A stretch of DNA of 62,525 nt from Trichodelitschia bisporula (taxonomy: Eukaryota): the NCBI GenBank assembly GCA_010356995.1, contig ML996711.1, positions 124,001 to 186,525 on the forward strand. The letters run 5' to 3'. Below, in pieces: positions 1-11,262 of this stretch. The notes under the pieces were generated by a model. That model was not told the origin of the DNA, searched no databases, and saw only the letters and a list, made by a program, of their open reading frames with translations. A program made the translations under genes and the position numbers. Positions within the stretch are counted from its first letter, which is position 1. Each line of letters begins with the position of its first letter.

Positions 1-1172
1 AAGGAAGCGTCTGAAACGATGATGGACGATGCGATGACGGAGTGCGCGTCTGCGTGTGCGTCTGCGTGTTCGCCGGTGTGTTCGTGAGTTGGGTACGTTG
101 ATGGAGTCGACACTGACGACGAGAGTTTCGATTGGAGAGAGGAAGGAGAAGAGGTCGCGGGTGGCGAGAGTAGCACAAGTGGTGGTTAGGAGCCGATGCG
201 CAAGTCCTTTTGTTAGGCTGAGAAGGGCCTGATGGAGAGTTGAAGGGGTGAGAAAGGGGGGGGCGTTCTTTTGGATTGTTACTAGTTGGTACTGTAAGGC
301 GAACAACGGGAAGACGAGTGGTAAGAGTTGTTAGGGGATGATGGAGATGCGAAAAGAGAAGAGGAGAAGTTGGTAGGGTTTAGATGGTGGTTGAGAGCTG
401 GAATGGGGAGTTGGAATGGGGAGGATTGGCGATGGGAATGGGATGAGAAGAGAGTTGAGAGGCACTTGGACGACAAGTGGGCTGGGATGTTCGTATGTGT
501 AGTTTGGAGGGGGTGGGGGAGGATTGGGGGAGGATTGGGGGAGAGAGTGGAGAGACTCTGGCGGGTGGGAGAGGATGGGGGACAATGCGAGAGGAAGATA
601 CAGAGAGGGAAGAGGCGCGAGAGGGTGAGAGAGACTTGGAGACTCGGGTGTGATCATGGACAACTGCAGGCAAGCACTTCTGCACATTGTTCTGCAGCTT
701 TTACTGCATCGTCAACCCGAGCACTTTGTTGGGTCAACAGCCAGGCTGTTGGCCTGCTGCTATAGATACTTAGATAAGGTACCTACGGATGTACTGTGTG
801 TGTAGTTCTAGCTGTTGGTAGACGTTGGTTCGTGATAATACAATGCTTTACTGCCTACTGGAAGCTTTGCGCAGATGAACTTTGTCGAGTCATCGCAATA
901 GCCCCAAAGCAATCGTCCGCAAACCAGATCTGCGGAGAAGCATGGTTGAAGAATTGCGAGAACTCGGCAACCAGCTTGTCCAACCCTCGCATATCGCCAG
1001 TGGTGATACTTCCATGTACTTTCTTGATGCCCAATATGCTCCGCTCCTGTTGCGCGCTCGACCGTTCGAAAGTCAGCTTGTCACGGAGCATGCGCACTGT
1101 CAGCCAGCGACTCGACCGCCCAGCTACGCCTCAATCCTCTCACTCCACACCAAAAGAACAAGAACCAGCTTG

Positions 1173-1175
<3 letters not shown>

Positions 1176-1206
<31 letters not shown>
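1176..1206. repeat. (CT)n microsatellite
   Basis: Run of ctctct... read directly. Confidence 0.95.
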
Positions 1207-1212
<6 letters not shown>

Positions 1213-1305
1213 CGCTTCTTCGTTCCTCACAGGAAGCCGAAAGCCTCGTGGCAATAATGAATCGTCGTCGATGTAAAAAGAGCGCGTCACACACACCACC
1301 TCCAC

Positions 1306-1379
1306 TGCACGCACATCACGAACTTCCCACCTCCACCTCCAATGCACGCACATCACGAACTTCCCACCTCCACCTCCAA
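1306..1379. repeat. Perfect 37-bp direct tandem duplication
   Basis: tgcacgcacatcacgaacttcccacctccacctccaa occurs at 1306-1342 and 1343-1379. Confidence 0.95.
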
Positions 1380-2613
1380 CACCCCACACTATCAAGCTCT
1401 GGCCCCAAGCGGGTCAGCGCCAAAAGACAAGATGCAAGATGCAAAAAAAATCATGTCCATCACGCACACAAATCAATTTGCCAATGCCATTTGGATTTCC
1501 ATTAAACACTGCAGTGCGCAACCGCGAAGATAGGCGCGCAAACTGAAGAGGCACAGCTCGCCGCCGGCAAATCAGCTCGTCTTTCTTCCTCTCTTGCACG
1601 TCATTGGTCAACTGGAAGTGTGGTCGCCGTCGCTCAACGCGTCTCTTCCCACACCCTCCACCATCCGTGAGCGGCAAAAATACAGAGAGAGAAAAAGCCC
1701 GCCGTCGCCCTGGCTGCACACCCCCCACACTCCCCACCATTGCAGAGTGCCGAACATGCCCAGCTTGCCCTCCAAGCACACGCAGCACCCCCAGCCTAGC
1801 AATATCCCATCAGCGCAATTTCGCACAAATTGTCGTCGAACGCCATGAGCTGTTCGCCAAAGCGCCAAAAATCTTGGACACGCAAGCCCCCCTCATCATC
1901 ACGCGCCGCGTAGCCAACCCCGGAGTCCGACCGGAAAAGCCACAAACAAAAGAATGCTGGTGCCCTCCGATCGTCGCCGCGTCCCGCATGCGGCGTGGCG
2001 GAACGGCCGGCCCCTCGTGGCGTGCGTTCCCTGCTTGCCCAAACAAAAGGCTGTGGCTGCCAGGGAAGACGATGTGCGAATGCCTCGAAGCTTCTAGAAA
2101 AAAAACGGTCCACGAACCGAGCTTACCATTGTCACGAAATCTAAAGTTGTGTATTCGCGATATATTCAGCCATGGATCGGCAAAAAACCTGGGCGCCTAT
2201 GGTTGAAGTGACGTGAAGCTGTTTGTGATCTAGGCCGGCAGGCACCGTGCGGACAGGATGTCGGGTAGGGCCGAGGACGAGAACTTTCTTTGTTGAGGGC
2301 AGTCGTGGGCCAAGCGGTTGAGGGTGGGTTGTGACGCGAAGAGGTGTCGTATGAAGCGAGGTGCGATGATGTCAGTGTTAGGATCCGAGAGGTCGCGAGG
2401 AAAAGAAACAACGGGGTATAATGCAAAAGAAGCGACGAGCGGGGTTTACTGCGTCCCAAAAAGGCTGCGCGAAAGCGTCGGATAGCAAGCTCTTACTGCC
2501 TTGGTCAACCCTGGCAAAGGCGCAAGAGCTGTGGAAGGGTGTTGGGTAGCCCACAGGACCAGACGTCGAGCCGAGCCGCAGTCTCCAGCCCCATGGGCAG
2601 ACGTATGTTAGTA

Positions 2614-4164
2614 TCAGATCTGTCCTTTGATATCAATTTTTTTGAAGGCGGCGTCGCGGGCACTCTTGATGACTGCCATGCCCTTAGCGGGGTCGAGCGC
2701 ACACTCTTCGAGAAAGGCGCCGGCTTTATCGACCCCAATTGCGACCATAAACTCATAGGCCTCTTGAGACGAGTCAAAGCCAAGCTGGTTAACAATGAAG
2801 TTCAATGGAACGCTGGTTTTGTATCTATAATTGTCAGCGGCAGCGTGGAGTGGGAGAGAGCAGACTTACGCTTTGCAGATGTTAGCCAGCGCGGCCAGGC
2901 GCTCGCGACCAACGAACATGTCCATCAAGTACGCGCCCATGTTGGGAACATTGAGGTACAGCTGGAAGAAGGCGTAATAATTGCCCAGGGCGAGCGCCGA
3001 ACGAGTGGCGAGTGCATGAAGGACGGCCGGTTCCTTCCTCTCTTCGGCAGTGATTTCGGCCAACACATCGTTGAGACCGGTGCGATTGCACGTGTGGATC
3101 AGGTAGAGGATTCGGTAGGCGAGGAATTCGGCAGGGTGGCCACCAAGACCCAGGGAGTAGAGTGCTCGCAGCTGGGTCTGGCACTGGTTATACTCACCCA
3201 TATCGCCCTTTTCCAAGGCAATGCGCGCGTGAAGCTCATACACGTCAACGGTAAAGCGGTTTTTGATATGCTGGACTGTCAAGTCCTGACGCAGGGATTT
3301 GAACTGGTCGCATATGTACGTGTAGTTGCCCTCAGCCTTCCACCTGCGTTTCAGCAGCTCCAATGTCTGTTCCAAGACCTCCTGCGGGCGCACGTCCTCG
3401 GGTTTGGGGGCAGACGTGAGGCGGAAGTAGTTCTTCTCTAGGGAGCGGCAGGTGCCAGCGACCGGACCACGCATGACCTGGTTGTCGTTGGAATTTGCGC
3501 CGCTGGTGTTGTTGTAGTCCGGAGTGACAACCCCGAAGCGCTCGATCCGCTTGGCAATGTGGTCCGGAAACTTGTCGGCGTGGTACTTACTCTTTTCCTT
3601 TTTGGAGCGCTTATCCATTCTGTTTGCCTGGGATGGACTAGCGTAGGTGATGCGATCCTCGAAGTTGTTGTTCTTGGCCTTGCGCCCAAGGGGCGACTGC
3701 GAGTCGTTGGGATCGTCGAACTTGCGCTTCTTGAAGGACGGCGGAGTGCGCGCTGGGTCTTCGACTTGGTCAGTAAATTGGGGGTTCCACATAGCACGCT
3801 CCTGCTGGATCATCTGCTGCGGCAGAGGAAGGGTTGCCCAGTCGACCTCGTGAAGCCGATCAGCTTCGGCAGCTTCGGTGATGACCTGCTTGAGCTTTTT
3901 CTCCAGGTCAGAGTATTCGATTCCGTGGATTTTCGCCTCAGGTGCAAACGATCGTTGAACGTAATCGCGAACGGGTGGCGGCCACACGACTTTGCGGGGA
4001 GGTGGTGCTTCAGTGTTGGTGGAGGTCTGTGTTGCTGTTCGTGAGGGTGTGGATGTGGAAATGTGAGGCGGAGGCCGGGAGAAGGTGGTGCGGGGATCAA
4101 CGGAAGAGTAGGCAGGCGCCATGTTTGACTGACTCTGATGCCAAGAGGCAACGGGTATGGACAT
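2614..4164 (-). CDS. THP3: SAC3/GANP-family protein, THP3/LENG8-like (2 exons)
   Basis: Motifs GTCRSLEKNYFRLTSAPKPEDVRP, YICDQFKSLRQDLTVQHIKN and VYELHARIALEKGDMGEYNQCQTQL. Intron 2869-2825 (GTAAGT...CTGAC...TAG) joins ICKA|YKTSVPLNF; TGA at 2616-2614. Start ATG is 4164 or 4122. Confidence 0.88.
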
Positions 4165-4762
4165 CTTACAGTGATCAAAGAAAATCAAAGAAAATCAAGA
4201 CGCGATGGTGGAGGGGTGAAGGTGAGATGAATGAGAGAGAGAGTAGGTGGGTGGTGAATGAAAAGCGGGTGGTTGAGAAAGCGAGGCGAGCGAGCGAGGG
4301 AGAGAACCTGGGGCCACGACACTCGCCAAGGCCAAGCCGGCTACGGAAGAACGGCAGCAGGGCTCCGGGTGAGGGATGCAGACCGCCCACTAAGGCTGTG
4401 TTTCTCAAACCTTAAAAACGCCAAATTTGGAAAATGTGGTTGTGTTCGTTTGCGCGTTATCAAATATAACCTTTTGGGCAAACTTAGAAATAACCCCTGT
4501 CATCATAAATACAATCCCTGTCATATTGCAGATCGCCGCCGTTTTAGGCTAGTAGTCTTAAATATAACACTCCGTAGGCTCCTAGAAAAGAAATGTCGCA
4601 TCGTTGCACTAGAATGCTGTAACCGTACCGAGACAATATTTTACTGAGTACCGCTAAACGTTACCTCGTTATAGCGGTTTACCTTAAACGCTTATTAAGG
4701 TATATATATTACATTTCTACGTCTCCAGTACGGCTTTATACTCTTAAAATGTCGATAACGCC

Positions 4763-5028
4763 TGTCATGGTAGGATACCATCTATCCCATGTCAAATCGC
4801 CACATCCCCTATGTGGGTCACGTGACTCGGTAAGCTTGATACTGATCCTGCAATTCCAGGCTGGCTGGACTTGCAGGGTGAGGGCTTGGCGCTGGCTTGT
4901 GCACTAGCACCCCCAGCTCCCCCACACTCCACATTCACACGCGAAACCCTTACATAGTTCTTCAAGCTTTCAATGAATGTTATTCCACAAACAATGCTGT
5001 GCAACTAGTGATTTGTGCGCCCCTGACA
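4763..5028. mobile_element. Probable solo LTR remnant in an AT-rich, TpA-rich segment
   Basis: TGTCA...TGACA termini. Shares motifs (ggtaggat, actgatc, ctagc..cccccacactcc) with the TSD-flanked solo LTR at 17324-17563. No TSD match here. Confidence 0.5.
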
Positions 5029-5780
5029 GAGCGGTATTAACTACGGAATGCTTTACCGAGCCTAATAGAAGTATATAGATAGAAGCCTGAGGCAATAATC
5101 TAGACCTCCGCAAGTTCGTTGTTTTAGTATTAGAGATTATTTAGTACTAGGAGGGATCTTAGTTTTACCAATTATCCTACTTTTCAAGTTTGAGAACACA
5201 GCCTAATTTATCTGCCTCTTTTTCCGGGTTTTTAAGGAGCTACTCTAGCGTACATCCATAGAGAAGGTAGATTTCATATGCATTGTGTTTCGCATCCAGA
5301 AGAAGATATCGTAGTCAGAATGGAGAAGTGAATTTGGAACGGTGAAGTCGTTGCTTTGTGAACTTTTTTGGTGTCGAAATGTGTGACTTGCACTGTCGAA
5401 GAAATTGTTGCCGTCTGTCCTGCCCTTGACACGCCTGACAAAGCTAGGCAGAAAAGGTTCCAAGGCGTGGAAGGGACATCGAAGGGCCACTCGGAAACTC
5501 TTTGCCGTCCTTCTCCGCAAAGACCCTCAGACAGAGCGGCCATAACCTTTGCATATGTCTTTGGCCTTTCAGGCACCAAGGTGTGAAGCTTTTCATCCTT
5601 AACCTTCAGGCATTATTTGAGGCCCGAAGTCACGAGACTTTAGACCTCAAGAGTGGAAGTCACGTGTGGAAATGATGTGCCAACTGCTCTTCCAAAGGCC
5701 GACGACATCACCGTCGCACTCCTGACTATTTCGATATCCCAACACGACGTACGACTGTGTGCTCATGCCCCGATGTCTGG

Positions 5781-7467
5781 ATGTTGCTTCGCCGCCTCGA
5801 CCTTACAACTGCCCTCCGCCCTTCACTCCTGCCGGATGAGACTCTGCTCTTTGTTCAGAACGCCGTCGGGTTGTACGAGGGGTAGGTCTTTCCGAGAGTT
5901 GTCGAACCCGAACTAACAAGCCAGGAAATTCAAAATTCCCCAGTACCAGAATGGCCACGCCTATCTGACTTCCCACCGTGCGTGCTACGTAGACAATGCT
6001 GAGCCACGAAAGCATTCCGTTGCTATCGACCTCAAGGAAGTCAACCGTCCCGAGTTCTACGTACGCTCCCGTATCCTGCCCTACGTGGACAGTCACCGCT
6101 AAACTAAGCAGGCCGGATTTCTGAAGTCTTCGCCCAAGGTGACACTCTACGCAAAGCCAGCTAGGTTCGGTGCTCGCAGTGACAGCTTCCACCCCCCATC
6201 TTCAAACGCCACTTGGGTGTGCCCGATCTGTTCATTCTCCAACCCCGTACCGTCCAACTTTGATCCCGCAACCGCGAGCTCGCATACGCAGATTCCTCCG
6301 TGCCTCGCCTGTGGAATCAAACCACCCGTGCACCATGTCGTCAAGGCTGCCCTCCGGCAAGCCCCTGCTGCAGAATCGCAGAGCACGGACAGAGTCAAGT
6401 GTCCGCGATGTACCTTTGCCAACCACCCAACCATGCTGTCCTGCGAGATGTGCGAAGCATCGCTCGTGACGGCCGTCGATCGCCGCCTTATCGAAGCCGG
6501 CCGCGCCGAGTCACCTGGGCCGGAGCTCAAGGAGCTCTCTCTGAACGAGGTCGAGTCGGTCAAGTTCTCCTTTCGTGACGGTGGCGGAGGTGTGTTTTAT
6601 GAGCGGCTGAAGAGCGCCCTGGTCCAGCGGAAGTGGCTACTACAAAGTGCACCCCCAGTTCCGAAGCCGACGCCCCCCCCCGGAGTGCCGGATGACTCGA
6701 ACCGCATGGTCGGCATCGCTCGGCTCGAGCGGCACGGTCAGGAGGTGCGACAGAACAACCAGCTCATTATCGGCAACGCGTTTGAAGATCTTGAGGCGCT
6801 CATGACGTCCGCAAAAGAGGTCATTGCGCTCGCCGAATCATTTTCCTCGCGTGCGCGAGGCGGCGAAACGGACGCGCTCCTCCAGTCAGCGTCTGCGCTC
6901 GGCCTGACGACCACGAAAGACGTGCTTAACTCGGACTCCCTCTACATATCAGAATTGTCGCGCACTCTCGCCGAGTTCTTGACAGATGACGCCAAAGGCG
7001 TCCTCAGGCGCGAGGGCGGCATCATGCCGCTGGTTGACCTCTGGGCCGTTTTCAACAGCGCCCGTAACGGCATCGAGCTCGTCTCTCCGAGTGACTTTCA
7101 ACGCGCTGTCGAGATGTGGGACAAGCTAAAACTGCCCGTACGCCTGCGCCGCTTCCGGAGCGGGCTTGCTGTGGTTCAAGGCCGCGACCGCACCGATGAT
7201 AAGACCATTGCCAGTCTGCTTTCCTGGCTGCAAACCCTGCACCGTGAGGCGCCACCCGAAGAGGCATCTTGGGACTGGCGGCTCTACGGTCGGGGCGTTA
7301 CTGCACAAGAGGTAGCGCGCAAGTTTGGATGGAGCGTCGGCGTTGCCAGTGAGGAGCTCGAAATGGCCGAGGAGAGGGGAGTACTCTGCCGAGAGCACGG
7401 TCTAGACGGCCTGCGGTTCTGGGAGAATTGGCTGGTTGAAAGTAAACAAGGATTAGGTCTCACATAA
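5781..7467 (+). CDS. VPS36: ESCRT-II subunit Vps36 (GLUE domain with NZF zinc fingers, winged-helix C-terminus; 3 exons)
   Basis: MLLRRLDLTTALRPSLLPDETLLFVQNAVGLYEG|KFKIPQYQNGHAYLTSHRACYVD...|AGFLKSSPK; NZF motifs WVCPICSFSN and CPRCTFANHP...CEMC. Introns 5882-5924 and 6061-6111. Confidence 0.93.
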
Positions 7468-7590
7468 CCCTCAAGGATTACTGTATTGCCCCGCATCCGA
7501 CGCGGGGCAGACGCCGCGGGCCTTATGGCAGTTTGCATATAATCTAGACTCGTTTCCGGCCTAACTTCCCCATTTCCCCCCGCCACAATC

Positions 7591-8752
7591 ATGGAGCTCA
7601 CCAACGTCCCTGAGAGTATGCTTGCATGCCAGATCGTCGAGGTATACCCACCAGTTTCTACAGATTCCGCTGAACAGTGCAGTATGGCAAGCCGTACGAG
7701 GTCCACCGCGTACCCACGCCCCGCACTCTCGCCGATCACGACATCCTAATCAAAGTTGCTGTAGCTTCCTACTGCCATTCCGATACCGTTGCGGCAAGCG
7801 GTGTCTTCACTACCAAACTTCCAATTATCGCCTCTCACGAAGGCACTGGTACCGTTGTCGCCGTTGGCCCAGCTGTCACGAACTTCAAGCCCGGTGACCG
7901 CACCATTGCGGCCCTCCAGCGCGACCGCTGCGGCAGGTGTGGCGAATGTACGTCTCCCCACGACGTGGCGCAGTTCTGCCGCGGGGCCAAAGGGTCGATC
8001 GGCATTACCATCGACGGCGCTTTCGCCGAGTACCTGATCGGTGACTCGCGCACTGCAGTCCATGTCCCCGATGCTGTGTCCTTCCAGCTCGCCGCCCCAT
8101 TGTCCTGCGCTGGCATCACCATCTTCCGTGGCGTGCTGCAGACGGGCCTAAAGAGCGGACAGTGGCTCGCGATCGTCGGATCTGGCGGCGGGCTGGGCCA
8201 CATCGGCGTGCAGTTCGCGAAAGCGTCTGGGCTTAAGGTTGTGGGGATTGAGGCTCGCGAGGAGGCGCTCGCGCTGTCGAAGGAGGTTGGCGCGGATCTC
8301 GTCCTTGATGCTCGCGAGGGCGATGCCGCGCTTGTGCAGAAGATCGCCGAGGCTACGGGATACGGCGGGGTTGATGCCTCGATTAATGTGTCCAATGCAA
8401 AATCGGCGGTTACCACGGCATGTGCGGTTGTGCGGACGCATGGGACTATGGTGCAGATTGCGGTTGAGGTGTGTGCCCTCGCATTGTGGAAGGATTTGAC
8501 TGACGTTTGCAGCCGCCGGTTCTTGAGATCCCGGCTCGTGAGCTGTGGGGCCGCGATCTTCGCCTCAGAGGCTCGCTGGTTTGCTCCGTGAATGAGGCGA
8601 ATCAGATGATGGAGTTGGTTGCGAAAGGGGGTATCAATGTCAAGTCTAATGTGTTCCATGGCTTAGAGGAGATTCCCAAGCTGGTGCATTTAGTCCACAG
8701 CGGAAAGATGCAAGGCAAGGCGATTGTTGTTGTTGATGAGAGCCAAGTTTGA
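7591..8752 (+). CDS. Zinc-dependent medium-chain alcohol dehydrogenase (3 exons)
   Basis: YCHSD and SHEGTG catalytic Zn motifs, CGRCGEC...C structural Zn, GSGGGLGHIGVQFA Rossmann motif. Introns 7642-7682 and 8470-8512. Confidence 0.92.
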
Positions 8753-9625
8753 GAGCTTAACGACGTGAAATTTCAGCGGAACATAGCAATGAATGAAGAG
8801 TTCGGGCTTCCTGGTGATTTCTTTGAAATTGACTTTGGACCTGCTGCCACATACGTCCTAAACCGATCATCCAGCGTCCATCATGAAGATTAGAAATTCT
8901 CAACCCTTTCATAGTGCTGCATGAGGTAATGATATTGCTGGAAGCAGCCCGTAGTCTACAGAAAAACTATCATGTCGATAGGACAACGGAAAGCAAGTTC
9001 ATATTTACCCACAACGACTCGACAGCCATTCGACAGTCGATAGACAACTGTCCCACGACCCTGATAAAACCTGTCTCAAAGTCGATGGACGATCGAGTCC
9101 AAGCTGTCACAAGATCGTCGGCAACGTAAGTTCGCTTTTAGTCCCAACTCCTTTAGCAGTTTCGCTGCGCATTCCAAGCCAAATTTGACACCACGCGATT
9201 CAGTGGTAGATCAGTGGTAAAGTCAAGCAGGCAAGAAAAACAAAGAGCGAGACTAGCTGAGCGATCAATAGATGCGAACTCTCAGATGCTGGGATATATA
9301 CTTTGGATGCACGTTCAAATCGGCGACCGCTGGCACTTGCACAACCGTGGTTCTAGAGCATTGTCCAATAAGATTCCCGGCATGATTGCACCAGAAAATA
9401 TAGATTAATTCGGCACCGCTCGCTCATCTCAGCTGTTGTCTTCTTTTCCTATATCTGGTGTTGTAACAGGCCAAGTTCATACGTACCGGCTCCACCATAA
9501 CCACTTTTAATATTATCCCATCGTTAAAAGTAAGTTAACCGCTATTCATTCGGTAGAGAAATACAGATCCCTGATTGGCACACCAATTATGAGGAAGCCA
9601 GTGGTGAAAGGGATTATGAAGAATA

Positions 9626-10096
9626 TATCCTTGTACGGCCCAGGTACTCGTCGTTTATTTCTCCGCTATTGTTGACCAGTCAAAGAACTAGGATTTATCA
9701 CAGAAACAGGGAACTCTTTACAGAACTAAATTTCAGCTCTTTTATTGGTCCATAATAGCGGAAAAGTGGGCGACGAGTTATCAGGCCTAGGGGCTTCAGG
9801 TGATCAGCCAGCTCCGGGTTGGGTGCTTCAGGCATCAAGGTCAGACGGTCTGGACTTTGCACCTCCCCTGCAGAGCGGACCCGCGGGACGGCTTCCCGAT
9901 TAGGCTTAGCGCACCTGCACATCGGGGACTTGGCGCCCACACACACAAATCCCCTCCACGCAGATAGCTTGCCTCCATAACTCTGCAACCACACATCTCA
10001 CTGATCGTTCTCCACTGCTGCTTCTATACGTAATCTCCACTCGCATCTAGGTACGATACGAGTACCTGGGCATGTACCTGGGCCGTACAAGGGATA
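9626..10096. mobile_element. Foldback MITE copy 1, interrupted by a solo LTR
   Basis: Left end ta-tccttgtacggcccaggtactcgtcg; right end cgagtacctgggcatgtacctgggccgtacaaggga-ta; internal long imperfect inverted repeat at 9647-9777. Confidence 0.8.
9779..10058. mobile_element. Solo LTR-like insertion (280 bp) with 5-bp TSD CGAGT inside the MITE right arm
   Basis: CGAGT at 9774-9778 and 10059-10063. Ends TATCA...CGATA resemble a decayed TG...CA. Removing the insert restores the family right arm. Confidence 0.7.
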
Positions 10097-11070
10097 AATG
10101 CATAAAATCAGTCGGCAGAAATGGCTGAACAGTATGACTACGCTTAAGCAGTTGATATATTTCCTTGATTTGATGCGAGTTGATAATCTCTCATAAGCTC
10201 ATTGCGTATGGCAGTTATTTTAACCACGTGGGTGTCTCAAGTTTTCTAAGGCGTGCGTCCAGTAGCTCCTGAAAAATATTGAGGAGACTAAGTTTCCCTC
10301 TTAAAGCTCAAGCTCGGCATCACACAATTCAGCGATGCTTCGGAAGTAAGATCAAAGTCTTGAGATCAACCAAGAAACCGATGGATTCGCCCAACACAAT
10401 CCTAAAATGCCCACCTTATGCGCCCTCCAATCAGGGTGTGCTGACAATTGCACAACCATTATGCTTTCTTTTTAAAAAGTATAAAATTAAAATGCATGCG
10501 CACTCGCCCACTTCATATTCTGATTTATTACTGGATGCCTTTGGTTGGGTCTGGCTGGCATGCTGTGTACCTCAAGCTTATCATTTGAAAGTGCGTGTTT
10601 TAAATGTGTACCGATAGCCCAGGGAAATGGGCCAATTCCATGGCCTCGGGACTAACTCCTAGTAAAGTGATGCACTTACCAGGCGACTTGGGTTGTGTAA
10701 GTTCGGGGCAAATGCAGTACTTATAATGGAACAATCTTGAAAGGCCGCATAGAAATCTTTGATAGTCCCGCAAGCGGCATCTCAGCGGTTTGGCTGGCGG
10801 CCAGCTATGTTGAGGGGTACTACCTCGTGCCTGCAACGCTAAATCAGTTCTATACCCAGATATCTGAAACCCCTCCAAATGTCAAAGTGACTGTAACAGT
10901 CTGCATAAATTGTTCTGGGGATTTAACATGGCCTTCGAATTGAAAGGATGTACTCCGGACTCAAGAACATGAGGGATCTCGGACTGGGTACGCGTACATG
11001 ATTGTCTGGGCAGGTGTGCTGCCCTGAGTTAATGAGACAAGAGGAGGCTGGATTTCGTGGCTCTGGCTAT

Positions 11071-11262
11071 TATCCCTTGCACGGCCCAGCACTGGCCCAG
11101 GTGCTCGTCGCCCACGTTCCCGCTCTTATGGACGAGTCACAGAGGTAGTATCTGTTGCAGAGAGAAGAAAACCTAAAAGATTCTTTTAGGTTCACACTTG
11201 GTCCATGATAGCTGGTACGTGGGCGCCGAGTACGTGGGTCAGTACTTGGGCTGTAAGGGATA
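11071..11262. mobile_element. Foldback MITE copy 2
   Basis: TA-TCCCTTGCACGGCCCAGCACTGGCCCAGGTGCTCGTCGCCCACG ... CGTGGGCGCCGAGTACGTGGGTCAGTACTTGGGCTGTAAGGGA-TA; TA flanks on both sides. Confidence 0.85.

Noticed and set aside
1..770. Trp/Gly/Glu-rich and Pro/Ser-rich ORFs in a purine-rich tract
   Set aside because: Compositional artefacts of a strand-biased low-complexity region, probably the leader or promoter of a minus-strand gene outside the window.
2539..3441. 300-aa plus-strand ORF
   Set aside because: Antisense shadow of the THP3-like gene, caused by GC3 codon bias.
9192..9270. tRNA-like words (cagtggtagatcagtggtaa)
   Set aside because: No T-loop GTTCRA or acceptor stem could be formed.
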